This document shows positions 25,373 through 38,197 of a stretch of DNA of 64,000 nucleotides, in pieces; position 1 is the stretch's first letter; each line of letters starts with the position of its first letter. Position numbers and translations under genes: made by a program. Location: contig OZ024741.1 in the NCBI GenBank assembly GCA_964016885.1, forward strand, positions 75,206,001 to 75,270,000, written 5' to 3'. A model generated the notes under the pieces. That model was not told the origin of the DNA. It saw only the letters and a list, made by a program, of their open reading frames with translations, and did not search any database. This DNA comes from Eledone cirrhosa. Lineage: Eukaryota.

Positions 25373-27593
25373 ATTGTCGGGGAGAAGTGTGTACTTAATG
25401 ATGACGGCGTATTTGCCATCACCGACGCTGATAAGAAGGTAGCTTGGAAGTGTCACTATGAAAGGCTACTAAATGAGGAGAATAAATGGGAGAAAGACAG
25501 TCTCCCCCACATCGACCCAATAGAGGGACCAGCAGTGTTAGTCGAGGGTAGTATAATAAGTAAGGCAATCAAGGATATGAAGACGGGTAAGGCAGCTGGG
25601 CCTTCGGAAATAGTTGCTGAGATGCTGAAGGCATCTGGCACGGTGGGACACACCATGGTCACCCGGATAGTTAACCAAGTCGTACAGAATGGGGTTGTTC
25701 CGAAGGACTGGCGTAGCAGCATCATCGTGAACTGTTATAAGGGTAAAGGAGATGCCCTAGATAGGAGTAACTAAGAGGCATTAAATTAATCGACCAGGTC
25801 ATGAAGGTCACGGAAAAAGTAATAGCGCAACTAATCAGAGAGAGAATTGACCTAGATGAAATGCAGTTCGGGTTTGTGTCAGGCAAAAGTACCACAGACG
25901 CTCTTTTCATTGTACGACAACTACAGAAGAAGTACCTAGCTAAAAGTAAACCCCTCTACTTAGCTTTTGTCGACTTGGAGAAAGCCTTCGACAGAGTCCC
26001 CCGTTCCATTATCTGGTGGGCTCTTAGAAAACTAGGCGTCGACGAATGGCTTGTGAGAGCTATACAAGCCATGTATAAAGAAACAGTCAGCAAGGTTAGA
26101 ATTAACAACGAATATAGTGAAGAGTTTAGCGTAAAAGTTGGCATCCATCAGGGCTCTGTTCTCAGCCCCCTACTATTTATTATTGCCCTTCAGGCTATAA
26201 CAGAGGAGTTCAAGACCGGCTGCCCATGGGAACTCCTATACGCAGACGACCTAACACTCATAGCTGAATCAATGGCCGAGCTAGAGAAGAAATTCCAAAC
26301 ATGGAAGCACGGCCTAGAATCAAAAGGCCTTAAAATTAATCTGGCTAAGACCAAAGTTCTAGTTTGTAGGAAAGAAAATAAGGCGGCGGTCCCTTCTGGG
26401 AAGTGGCCATGCTCAGTGTGTAGGAAAGGCGTAGGTAGAAACTCCATTTTGTGTCAGAAATGCAAAGTATGGGTGCATAAAAGATGTAGTGGGATCACAG
26501 GTAAGCTAACTAAGAACATAGATTTCACATGTGGCCGGTGCTCTGGTGCAATAAGTAGCAGCAAGTGCCCACAAAATACTAGCTCTTTTAACTGCGCAGA
26601 GGGCTCTATAATAGAAATAGTGGACAGCTTCCGTTACCTGGGTGACAAAATCAGCAGTGGGGGAGGGTGCTCTGAAAGTACAGTAGCTAGAGTCAGAACT
26701 GGATGGAAAAAGTTCAGAGAGCTTATACCACTATTAGCCGCTAAAGGGTTCTCCCTAAAAATGAAAGGCAGGTTGTATGATGCCTGCATACGAACAGCAA
26801 TGTTGCATGGCAGTGAGACCTGGGCATTGTGTGCAGAGGATATACGCAGACTAGAGAGGAACGAAGCTTGCATGCTCCGCTGGATGTGTAATAGTAATAT
26901 ACGTGAACGGCAAAACATAAACGAACTAAGGAAAAAATTAGAAATAAGAGGGATCAGCTGTTGTTTACTCGAGAGAAGGCTACGTTGGTATGGACACGTG
27001 ATGCGCATGAAAGTCGATAGCTGTATAACAAAGTGCAGGGCAATAAAGATAGACGGTAGCCACAGAATAGGCAGACCTAGAAAAACCTGGGACGAGCTGA
27101 TAAACTCCGACCTCACACACTTACACCTCTCCAAGACAATGTCACTGGACCGAGACCTTTGGCGGTACTCAGTAATAGAGAAGACCCGCCTTACCTAAAT
27201 ACATAGTAAAACCTACTACAGTCAGTAGGCATCTCTAACAAAATACACCCCCGTCCCACCACCCCCACCCCATCCACACCGCCCCCTTCTATGTAAAGTT
27301 ATGTTGGTGCCACAACATCCAGGCCGAAACAAATGAGATCGTGTAGGTGTCACGACAAAAAAACACACAGTCCACGCTGTAATGTGGCCGTGTAGGCAAC
27401 ACGGTAAAAACCTCCCAGACCCACACTGTAAATGTGGTTGGTGTTAGGAAGGGCATCCAACTGTAGAAAACCTGCCAGACAGTCCTATGCGAGCAAGACA
27501 ATCACTCTTGCCTCAAGTGGGAAAACCCCCCGTCCAAACCCATGCAAGCGTGGAACACGGACATTAAACGTTGATGATGATGATGATGATGAT
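25373..27593 (+). mobile_element. Young 5'-truncated RTE family A copy with complete 3' UTR and (GAT)n tail
   Basis: Nearly identical to 45628-47853. A 1-bp deletion at ~25772 splits the ORFs 25535-25774 and 25801-27198. Inserted into the SINE-body repeat. Confidence 0.95.
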
Positions 27594-27921
27594 GTGACAT
27601 GTTGAATCTCCCTGAAAATTACATTAACAGTACATGTGTCTGTGGAATGGTCAGCCATACACATGTAAATTTCATGAGCATGCTGTTCCATTGATCAAAC
27701 TATGGAAAGTATGTTATTTGCAACTTCTGGCAGAAGTGCCACTATTTTGCCAGTTACTGGAGGGTGGATTTGATATCAGAATGCACCTAGACAGAACAAA
27801 TATCACAAAGGGTCCTGTCCAACACTTCAATAATTCTAGTAGCCTTCTGCACCTTCTGTATGGTTTTTTTTTTTTTTTACCCTGAAAAGATGAAAGGAAA
27901 AGTTAACCTCAAAGGTAAGTT

Positions 27922-28812
27922 CATCATCATCATCATCATCAACGTTTAACGTCCGTGTTCCACGCTTGCATGGGTTTGGACGGGGGTTTTCCCACTTGAG
28001 GCAAGAGTGGTTGTCTTGCTCGCATAGGACTGTCTGGCGGGTTTTCTACAGCTGGATGCCCTTCCTAACACCAACCACATTTACAGTATGGGGCTGGGAG
28101 GTTTTTACCGTGTTGCCTACACGGCCACATTTACAGCGTGGACTGTCTGGCGGGTTTTCTACAGCTGGATGCCCTTCCTAACACCAACCACATTTACAGT
28201 GTGGGGCTGGGAGGTTTTTACCATGTTGCCTACACGGCCACATTTACAGCGTGGACTGTGTGTTTTTTTGTCGTGACACCTACACGATCTCATTTGTTTC
28301 GGCCTGGATGTTGTGGCACCAACATAACTTTACATTGAAAGGGGCGGTGTGGATGGGGTGGGGGTGGTGGGACGGGGGTGTGTTTTGATAGAGATGCCTA
28401 CTGACTGTAGTAGGTTTTACTTTGTGTTTAGGTAAGGCGGGTCTTCTCTATTACTGAGTACCGCCAAAGGTCTTGGTCCAGTGACATTGTCTTGGAGAGG
28501 TGTAAGCGTGTGAGGTCGGAATTTATCATGTCGTCCCAGGTTTTTCTGGGTCTGCCTACTCCATGGCTACCGTCTATCTTTATTGCCCTGCACTTTGTTA
28601 TACAGCTGTCGTCTTTCATGCGCATCACGTGACCATACCAACGTAGCCTTCTCTCGAGTAAACAACATCTGATCCCTCTTATTTCTAATTTTTTCCTTAG
28701 TTCGTTTATGCTTAGCCGTTCACGTATATTACTATTGCACATCCAGCGGAGCATGCAAGCTGCGTTCCTCTCTAGTCTGCGTATATCCTCTGCACACAAT
28801 GCCCAGGTCTCA
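27922..28812 (-). mobile_element. Young RTE family A 3' fragment, inverted relative to the neighbouring copy
   Basis: ORF 28428-28799 matches the RTE C-terminus; (CAT)n at 27922; a ~112-bp tandem duplication lies in the UTR. Confidence 0.93.
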
Positions 28813-31772
28813 CCTTACATACAATTATGATGGAAGGTTTTGAGATAAATATAAACACTTTAAATTAAACAGTTTTGTATCATAGAACTAGGAATAGTTT
28901 CAGGTGGCTTAGTATCAAAAGTGTGAATGATAGTATTTTGTGTTTCTCTATTCTTTGCTTCACAGTCATTTTCAACAACTGTTGCTTCTGTGTAATAACT
29001 GCATAATCTTTGCATTTGTTTATCATACACGGATGCTATGATCTGTCAAACATGTTCTAGCTTTGTTACAATTTGGTGAAGAAACTGAATGTTAGTTTTT
29101 TTTCTGTCTGTAAAATAGTGAGTAATATACTATAAGATAATATATTTTGATGTCTATATTTGCAAAACTGCTTTGCAACCATGCTATCTTATATTAAGAA
29201 GACAATTTCCTCTTTCAGAATTAAACAAAAAATAATAATAATAAATAAATAAATAAAAATTCGATTGTTGGCAAACGTATTTGGAATTCTTGGATTACAC
29301 TCAGGAAGTAGACTTTGTTTTATGGGAAATTTCATTTGTTTAATCGATAATCTAATAGAAAGAGCAGTATGAAACTGCTGAGAGTTAATAAATTATTCAA
29401 TGATTTAACCATGTATATCTAACTTGTCTACTATATTAACACACTTCAACATGACATTATTAATATATCTGTATATATTATGCACACAAGTTTCAGACCT
29501 GTGGGGGATCATTTTTGATTAACTGACTTGGCATTCAACCAATTTTTATTTATTATTTTAACCCTTTTGAAAGCAAACTGCTTCTGGTTTTACAATATTA
29601 AGTTGTTTATTTTTAAGTGTTTATATTTATATGCAAAAACCTTCCTTCATAATTTTATGTAAGAACATGCTTTCAATTTTGCTCCAAGCATCAGTTTACT
29701 AATGAGAAAGTTAGTTATATTATTAAATCCTTTCAAATTCATGGTTATTTTCAAAAGTATTTGAAAATTCTAGGAAGTGTCTTTGTTTAGAAATATGGTA
29801 ATGAAAAGTTCCATTAATGTTTTTATTTCAATTGTTTAGAACATAATTGACAAAATCTTGTTTTAACCCTTTCACTATCAAACCAACCCAGACTAGCTTC
29901 AGTTCTACAATATCAAGCTATTTATTTTAATCTTTATATTCACATCTAAAAATTTTCCATGGCAATTTTATCTAAGAGCCTTTGTTACATCATGCTCTAA
30001 ACAGCAGCTACATAATGAGAAAGTTAGTTATATTACTAAGACTTCCCAAATTCTTAATTATTTTCAAAATTATTTGAAAACCATAGGCAATATCTTTCAT
30101 TAGAAATATAATAACAAAAGAGTTAAATGAATTATTCAGAATGGGGAAAATGAGGAACCCTTAACCTCTTTCAGAACCTATGTGACTGCTGAAAAGAAGG
30201 GAAGGTGTTATCCTAAAACTGGAGGCATGGTCCAAATGTTCTGCTAAAACATCAAAGGGCCATATGGTGTTATGAAACTAAGTGATGGACTAGCATCTAA
30301 TAGCAGTAACAATCAACACCAATGAGCTTCTACACAATTTCTGTGAACTAAAGTTTGCTCACAGGACATTCTTCACCCTGAGGATAGAGTAAAAGAAAAG
30401 AAGTCTTCACAGATGTTTCTCTGTGGATATTGAACTTAAAACCATGTAGCTGGAAAATGAATTTCTTAACCACACAAGTCAGTCATGCATGATGAGGTAT
30501 CACAAACCAATTTCTTTTAGAGGAAGAATATATATAACCACTTCCTAATTAATGACCAGGTTCCATTCCACCAAACTGGTCATACAATGAATTGGCTGCT
30601 AAATGAACTCAGTTAATGATTTGGTCACCCCAAATAATTTCAGAAATTTGAACTGTAGTTGTCCCAAAGCAAATAACCATAATAATAATTGATCACTTTA
30701 AAATTGGGTAAAGTACCACGGAGACAGAAAAAGTGAACGGGATGCTTAGGGTTTGTTTCTTCACAAGTGTGCCTGTCCTCTTTTTCTATCCCCAGGGGCA
30801 ATTTATCAGATTTTCTCAACTATTATTCATAGGGACTGTCTAATATGGTTATTTGCATTGGAACAACTACATTTCAAATTTTCCTGGTGCTCTTAAATCA
30901 ACCAGTTGCTTGTTTTTAGGTTTTGTTTTAATTTTTTTTTATCTATTGTTTTAATAATAAGGTCCTTGAGAGAATGAAATGTTACTGAGTATTGACTTTA
31001 TATATCTAATAAAAGACACTGTTTATTATTTTCATTATTTAATTGGTGTTTGAAACATAAGTTATTGAATGTTCTTACATAAAACTTTGATGGAAGGTTT
31101 CTAAATAATTATCAGCAAGATAGTTATTAACAATTTATCACTTTTATGACTATATTTCTCATAACTTTTTAAATGATCAAGAATTTGGGGTAATATAACT
31201 TTCTCATTATTATGCTGATGTTTGAAGCATAACATAACATAAAGTTTATTACATAAAATTATGATAGAAGATTCAGGATAGGTATTTTGTGCCTGTCATA
31301 AGAAGCAACTAAAAGGGGTGATGTCTGGAAATATATCTAGATGTAAAACCTTGCCCCAAAAGCTCGTTTTTAACCAATGTCAGTATAGAAAATCAGCATA
31401 AAAATGATAACGATGATGATGATAATAAACACTTTAAAACAAACAGCTTTGGGCCATAGTACCTGAGTGATTTTAGATGATTTGGTATCAAACGACTAAC
31501 AACAAACATGAAGAGAGCTTGTTGCCTCAATTCTTTTTAAATTCAACATTTACTGATTTTTAAATATTTTGAAAATGATCAAGAATTTTGATGGATTTAA
31601 TAGTATAATTAACTTTCTCATTATTTAGCTGATGTTTGGAACATAACTTAATAATGTTTCTTACATACAATTACAATGGAAGGTTTTTAGATAAATACAA
31701 ACTCTTTAAAGCAAACAGTTTTGGATCATAGAATCTGAGTGGTTTCATGTGGCATGGAATGAAATGGGTTAA
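28813..31772. mobile_element. Cluster of ~6 old piggyBac-like MITE copies in both orientations
   Basis: ttaaccctt starts at ~29558 and ~29863, aaagagttaa end at ~30126, gggttaa at ~31772. Repeated ttacata.aatta.gatggaaggttt blocks at 28813, 31075, 31248 and 31660. Confidence 0.55.
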
Positions 31773-31865
31773 CAGACAGAGAGCTTACTGCATTAAAACT
31801 TTTTTAATTCAACATTTACTGGTATAATAACTACACCTGTCGTAAATCAACTGATATCATCTTAC

Positions 31866-32003
31866 ATCGGGGTTGAAAGAATGAGTGGGCGAAAGTAAGA
31901 GGTGGATGAATAGCAAATCGTTAAAATAGTATTGATTTTTTCACTTGTACTATAACTTGGTTGGTTGTTATCTAGTCCAAGGAATGAACAATTTATCATA
32001 TAT
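31866..32003 (-). CDS. Candidate internal exon of an unidentified host gene (138 bp, phase 2-2)
   Basis: Acceptor aatttattcag, donor gtaaga. One open frame, YMINCSFLGLDNNQPSYSTSEKINTILTICYSSTSYFRPLILSTP, in non-repetitive sequence. Confidence 0.35.
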
Positions 32004-32234
32004 CTGAATAAATTGGATGTTTTCCAAATTGTTGATTTACAGGTTATTTCAAGAGACAACCAGCTATCATTTGCAATATTACTCAATACTGTTATGTAAT
32101 ATTGTGTCTACCTACAAGCATACATACACATTTTTCACTCTCACTCACACATTCATTTGCATGTGTATGTGTATGCACATATATATATATGTCTGTCTAC
32201 TAGTATAGAGTCTCTAATATTTCAACATCGATTA

Positions 32235-32897
32235 AGATAAAGTGGTCATGTAGTGAGAATGGATGATGATCGTATCCCTAGGTAGTTCCTGTATGGTGAG
32301 CTGGTCGAAAGTCAAAGACTGGCGCACAAACTAAAATTGAGGTACAGGGGTTGCATTAAAAGCATACAAAAGAAGATGAAAATATTGCAGAATGACTGGG
32401 AGAACTCGCTCTAGATTGACTTTCCTGGAGGAAGGCAGAGCATGATGGAAGGGGAGAATTTAAAAGAAACTGTGTTCAGCATGAACAGCTCAAGTGGTGT
32501 GCTCATAAGGGCCTTGATTTTGGCTTGTCTAGTATCTTGACATGCAGGTTGATTTAACCTGTAAAGAATGTGGCTGGTTATGTCTAAGTAGGGCGGGCTT
32601 TGGAAGTAATCAGAGAAGCCATATATACACAGGGACATTATCAACTGTGCATTGTATGGTATTTCTGTGTGTGGGGAGTGTGAAAAAGAGTGTGCCTCAG
32701 ATGGGGGACTGAACGTCATGTGAAAGTGCACCAAAACAGGACCGTAACATCTACTGCGAGAGGTACCTCCCCCCATTGTTGCAGCATCTATGCAAGAGTG
32801 TGCAAGTCCCCAGCAAGACTAAAATGCCATGTGTGTGCTGCTCATGCTTAGGATGCAAGTGATAGCATTACTTGAAATCGAGTTGCATTCATCATAC
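32235..32897 (+). mobile_element. Degenerate BovB-like RTE 3' fragment with C-terminal C2H2-like fingers (family D)
   Basis: GHVVRMDDDRIPR..LYGEL, then CGECEKEC..GL..H and CKSPARLKCH remnants. Confidence 0.65.
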
Positions 32898-33110
32898 GTG
32901 TGTGTGTGTGTGCATGCATGTGAGCATGTGTGTGTAGGGGTGTGTAATTTAATTTAGGTGAAAAACCAAAAATAACACTTCATATCATTTTATTAATTTC
33001 TACATTCATTTAAATTTTAACGAAATACAATTGCAAAATAGAAAAACAATCAGTTGCAGAATAATTAATTAATTAATTAATCAAATCAATAAAACAATAT
33101 GTATATATAT

Positions 33111-33900
33111 ATCATCATCATCATTTTATGTCCGCTTTTCCCTGCTTGCAATGGTGGGACAGGTCCTGTTCAGCACAGCATCTCTCCACTTGTCATGGTT
33201 CATCGTCATCTCCTCCGTAAGCTTCAGTGATCCGAGGTCTGCTCACACCACCTCCGCACATGTTTTTCGTTGTCTTCCTCTACTGCGTCTTCCTTCTACT
33301 GGGATTTCTTGGCACTTCTTTATCCAGCGGTCATCCTCCATGCACATCACATATCCATACCATCACAGTCTTCTCTCCCGCACACTACAACTTATCTCTC
33401 TTATACACAGTTTCTCTCTCAACTTGTCTATGCTTGGTCGTTCATGCACATTGACATTGCACATCCAACGGAGCATGTTTGCTTCATTTCTCCCCAGCCG
33501 TATTTTCTGCAGTTGCTGCCCAGCCGTATCTTCTGCAGTTGCTGCCCATGTCTCACTACCATGCAGCATCATGCATCTCACACTGGCATCATATAACCGG
33601 CCTTTCGTTCACAGGGAGAAACCCTTCTTTGTCAACAGAGGAAGCAGCTCCCTAAACTTCTTCCAACCCATCCTTATTCTAGATACTATGGTCTTGGAGC
33701 ACCCCCTCCCTTGCTAATCTGATCACCTAGGTACCTGAAGCTATCAACCACTTCTATAGGTCCTACCTGCATTTGAAAAATGTGTCTATCACTGCGACTT
33801 ATACTGTCAAATTTCCCTGTACATCTACTGCATATGTAGTTTTCCCTACCTGTTAGTTTTCCTGCTATCCCACTACATCTCTTGTGTACCCAAAATCTGC
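33111..33900 (-). mobile_element. Older RTE family A-related 3' fragment
   Basis: MLHGSETWA..RNEANMLRWMC and FRYLGD on minus; (CAT)n tail at 33111. Confidence 0.82.
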
Positions 33901-34165
33901 TTTGTGTACATTTTTTAGAATTTATACCAGCTCCATGAATGATAGAACATGACTAATGAAGAGTTATATGATATTCCTTAGATAAGTAATATATTTTCTA
34001 TGGATGGAGTATAGCAGACTGCTTAAAAAATTTGCTTCACAATTATAAATTATAGTTTATGTAACATATTGTAACATATTGTGTCATGCTGAATATCCCT
34101 AAGAATTATGTTATGGGTACACATGCCTGTAATATGCTCAGCTACTTATCCTACATTATATGGAC

Positions 34166-34348
34166 CTTGGATTGGCAGTATCGGTAGATGGTCGGACACC
34201 ATGCTTTGCAGCAAAGAGTTACGGCCCTTTTTGGTCTGAGTTCAAATCCTGCCGAGGTTAACTTTGCCTTTCATCCTTACGGGGTCGATAAAATAAGTAC
34301 CAGTAATACACTGGGATAAATCCTGGCCTTGTGCCAAACATAGAAACA
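34166..34348 (+). mobile_element. tRNA-derived Meta-like SINE, full length
   Basis: A box tggcagtatcggtaga and B box gagttcaaatcc; TSD attatatggac at 34155-34165 and 34349-34359. Confidence 0.87.
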
Positions 34349-34548
34349 ATTATATGGACTGTATCTGAAATTTAATGGACCAGTCTTGTCACACATAGTG
34401 TTATGAGAATTACATTAAGAATACATATGCCTATGGAATGCTCAGCTACTTATGTGTAAATTTCACAAGCAGATTGTTCCACTGAGCAAATAACTGGAAC
34501 ATTCACCATCAAAACTGATAGAGGTCCATTCCAATTCTTATGTAATTA

Positions 34549-34719
34549 CTGTATATACTTGAATATAAGCCGAGGAATAAGTGACAAAAAAACTGGTGGT
34601 AAAATATTGATTAGTTGCCTCAGATTATAAACAAGGTTTGGATTTCTGCTTATTTCTCAGGTATAAAATCGGATGGTGTCAGCTTATATTCAGCTTCGTT
34701 TATATCTGAGTATGTTCGG
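34549..34719. mobile_element. Tc1/mariner-pogo-like MITE, degenerate
   Basis: TA-flanked imperfect TIRs: ctgtatatacttgaatataagccg / tttatatctgagtatgttcgg. Confidence 0.45.
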
Positions 34720-34869
34720 TAACTTCTCTTCTAAAACTAGTAACCTTCTACATTATTCACTAGGACCAACAACAATTAGTAATTTGTATCATCGCAAACC
34801 CCAATGATATGATCCCCCACAGTGTGGGAGATTGCCCTCTGGTGTGCAGAACTCCAGGTGCCTGAAGGA

Positions 34870-35060
34870 AGAATTACCCCATAGGATAGTGAAGGAGAGA
34901 TCTTAAAATAGTTGTTCCATTTGTGGGTAGCCAACTCTGGCCTGATAGCAAGGAGTAAGGAGGTGGTATGGGAGCCAAAAATACCAGACATCTCCACTGC
35001 TAGAAATTCAACAACAAATCTATTGGAGAGTGACTAATATTTCAGCAGCTTGTGATCTTC
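34870..35060 (-). mobile_element. Possible CRE/NeSL-type LINE C-terminal endonuclease fragment
   Basis: AVEMSGIFGSHTTSLLLAIRPELA resembles the AVET.G.WG...LL..IG..L segment of restriction-like-endonuclease LINEs. Confidence 0.35.
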
Positions 35061-35754
35061 CAATACATTTTCTGATATGAAAAATTGAATTATATATATT
35101 TAGCTTTGAAAGAAATTGTCATAAATATTTGTAAATATGTACATTTAATATTATTCCTTACATGTAAACCTGATGATAAAGCTTGAACTATTTCAATTAT
35201 GTTTGTCTGTTGGGTTTGCATTTAATAAATATCTTTACTGTACTTCCATTAAAGTAGCAAGTACTAAGTTGAATAATGGTCTTACTAGTTATTCACAACT
35301 ATGAGGTTGTGAATTTGATTCCCAGGCTGGATGATGTGTTATGTTTTTGAGCAAGACATTATTTCATGTTGCTCCTTCTGCCAGTAATTGTGACCAGTAG
35401 ATAGTATTAGAAATTAGAAAGACCAATGGAAACATTATTTCCTTGGTACAATCTGATAAGTTCCACCCCATTCAGTAAGTGAATGAGGTCTATGATTTTG
35501 TCATATCAGATAAAAAATAGTCTTTTGATTGGTAACATCTTATCCTTAAGTTGAGCCACTAGAACATTGGATAAAAAGCTTTGTGAAATTTGTTCCAGTT
35601 CTATGTGTTCTGAGTTCAAATCCTTCTATGATCAAATTTACTCTCTCTCACTCTCTAAGAAGAAGAAATCGACTGTATTCAGACCTAGACAGTTATGGGC
35701 TCTGCCAGGTTTAATATGTCTCAGAGATGCCATATGTAACAAAAGCACCCTTAC

Positions 35755-35815
35755 AATTCCAACAGGAGTCCAGGGTACATGGATCAACATCCAATTGATT
35801 CATTATAATCTATCT
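35755..35815 (-). other. Candidate 61-bp exon (phase 1 to 2) with an in-frame TGA
   Basis: Acceptor tgttcttaattgtag, donor gtaagg; reads (E)IDYNESIGC*SMYPGLLLE. Confidence 0.3.
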
Positions 35816-36139
35816 CTACAATTAAGAACATGAAAGAGCTCATTAATTTTTGTTGAAAAACATGAATGTTAATCCAATCTGACATTCAGTTTGAAATTCC
35901 AACACCAATAATAATATACCGTTAATTATTGATAAACCTGGCAAAATTGTCATTTTTGTGCACCATAAATGTCTAGTTGATTGAATTGTCATCAGCTTAT
36001 TTCTGATATTACATTAATTTATTTATAAGATTAAAGGTAAAATGACCATCAATGGACTTTGAACTTAAAACATACACATTAATGAAACCACATGAGGAAG
36101 ACATTCTTAGAATGGACAAAAGAGCATTATGACTTTATT

Positions 36140-37950
36140 ACATCATCATCGATTTACATCCATCTTTCCATGCTTGCATAGGTTGGATCGGTCCTCTCCA
36201 GCACAGCTTGCTCCCACTCTTTGCATTCTTTCATCATCGCCTCTGAGAGGTTCAGCATTTTGAGATCACCTCTAACCATTTCTGACCAGGTTTTCTTCAG
36301 TTTTCTCCTTTTGTTTGCGGCTTCCTTCCAATGCATCTCCTGGTACTTCTTCACCCAGCACTCATCATCCATATGCATCACATGTCCAAACCAATGCAAT
36401 CTTCTTTCTTGCATACTACATCTAGTTTTTCTTTCAGTTTATCCTTGTCCCTTTGTTCATACATTAACATTACATTACTTCGTCAAAGTTTTCTGGGTGG
36501 TGTGTTGTTACCTTGAGCAAGACACTTTATTTCACATTGCTCCAGTTTACACTGGGTGATGTGTTGTTTCCTTGAGCAAGACACTTTATTTCACATTGCT
36601 CCAGTTTATTCCGGGTGATGTGTTGTTTCCTTGAGCAAGACACTTTATTTCACATTGCTCCAGTTTACACTGGGTGATGTGTTGTTACCTTGAGCAAGAC
36701 ACTTTATTTCACATTGCTCCAGTTTATTCCGGGTGATGTGTTGTTTCCTTGAGCAAGACACTTTATTTCACATTGCTCCAGTTTACTCAGCTGTAGAAAT
36801 GAGATGATAGGACTGGGGTCCCTATCATTGCACTGCAAAGTGGTCGTGGAGGTGCCATGACAAAAAGGCACTCAGCCCACACTGTCAAGTGGACGTGTAG
36901 GCGCCATGGAAAAAAAGCACCCAGCACTCACTGTAAATGAGGTTGGTGTTAGGAAGGGCATCCAGCTGTAGAAATCAAGCCAGAATCAGTTCCTGTCCCA
37001 CCCTTGCAAGCAGGGAAAAGGGGACGTAAAATGATGATGATGATGATGAGGATAATGCTTGCTTCATTTTTCTCTAGCCTCTACATTCACTGCCATGCAA
37101 CATTACACTTCTTATGCAGTCAACATACAATCTACATTTTCTCAAAGAGAAAATCTCTTTGTTGTCAAAAGAGATAGTAGCATCATGAACTTTTTCTAAC
37201 CTGTTCTTATTGTAGCTACTCTACTTTCAAAGTAACACATTCCACTACCAATTAGCTCACCTAAGTCACAGAAATTATCAGCTACTTCTACGGTACTTTC
37301 TCAGGATCAGAAAAAGGTTTATTTCACTGCTGCTCTTGATACCAACCCTCCCTATGCCTCTACTTTATGCAAAGTCTATCTTTTCTAGATGCCTGGCTCT
37401 AATCCCACTACACCTCTTGTGTACCCATACCCTACATTGTGTCCTTCTTACAGAGTCTGTACCTTTTTCATTCCTACATATCAAGCAAGGCTACTTCCTT
37501 AATGAAATATTGTCCTCCCATGGACAGCAAACCTTTAACTCCTCTGCAATAATCTGTATAACTATAATAAATAGGAAAGGGCTGAGCACTGAGCCTTGAT
37601 GAAAATCACTTGCAAATTGTATTCTTCACTAAACTCATTATCAATTCTCACCTTACTGACAGCACCTTTGCACATGACTTGAACTGTTCTCACAAACCAC
37701 TCATCTAGACACGGTTTCCTTAAGGACACCATATAACAGATTGTGGTACTCTGTCAAAAGTCCTTTTCAGATATACAAAAGCTAGGTAGAGCAGCTTACA
37801 CTTATCTAAGAACTTCTCTTGTAGTTGTTTCACTAAAAAGAAAGCATCTGTGGGCCACAAAACTGTAGGGCACAAAACTGAACTATCTCGCATCAAAGTT
37901 GACTATGTCTCTACTCAGTTCTGCTAAACACCTTTCTGTCACTTTCATAA
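36140..37950 (-). mobile_element. Old RTE copy (family A-related) interrupted by a plus-strand SINE at ~36485-37050
   Basis: QERRLHWFGHVM at 36154-36414. HQGSVLSP and LAFVYLK..FDRVP remnants at 37570-37790. Confidence 0.75.
36495..36790 (+). repeat. 59-bp minisatellite x5 inside a SINE (CORE-like segment)
   Basis: Unit gggtgatgtgttgtt(a/t)ccttgagcaagacactttatttcacattgctccagttta(cact/ttcc). Confidence 0.92.
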
Positions 37951-38112
37951 TTGTGCTAAACACCTTTCTGTCACTTTCATAATTCTGCTAAACACCTTTC
38001 TGTCACTTTCATAATTGTGCTAAACACCTTTCTGTCATTTTCATAATTCTGCTAAACACCTTTCTGTCACTTTCATAATTCTGCTAAACACCTTTCTGTC
38101 ACTTTCATAATT
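37919..38112. repeat. 32-bp minisatellite x6
   Basis: Unit tt(c/g)tgctaaacacctttctgtcactttcataa. Confidence 0.93.
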
Positions 38113-38197
38113 GTTTTCCTAGCTTTCTCAACTATTTTCCTAGCTTTAGACTTTGCCTGCCACTACAACTATCTGTTTCCAATGCCAATTGTTTTTC

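Noticed and set aside
29046-29107. Possible terminal minus-strand exon (KKTNIQFLHQIVTKLEHV*)
   Set aside because: It is in phase only with the downstream of two tandem AGs and has no independent support.
34166-34260. tRNA gene
   Set aside because: The A/B boxes belong to a SINE head with TSDs, and there is no cloverleaf.
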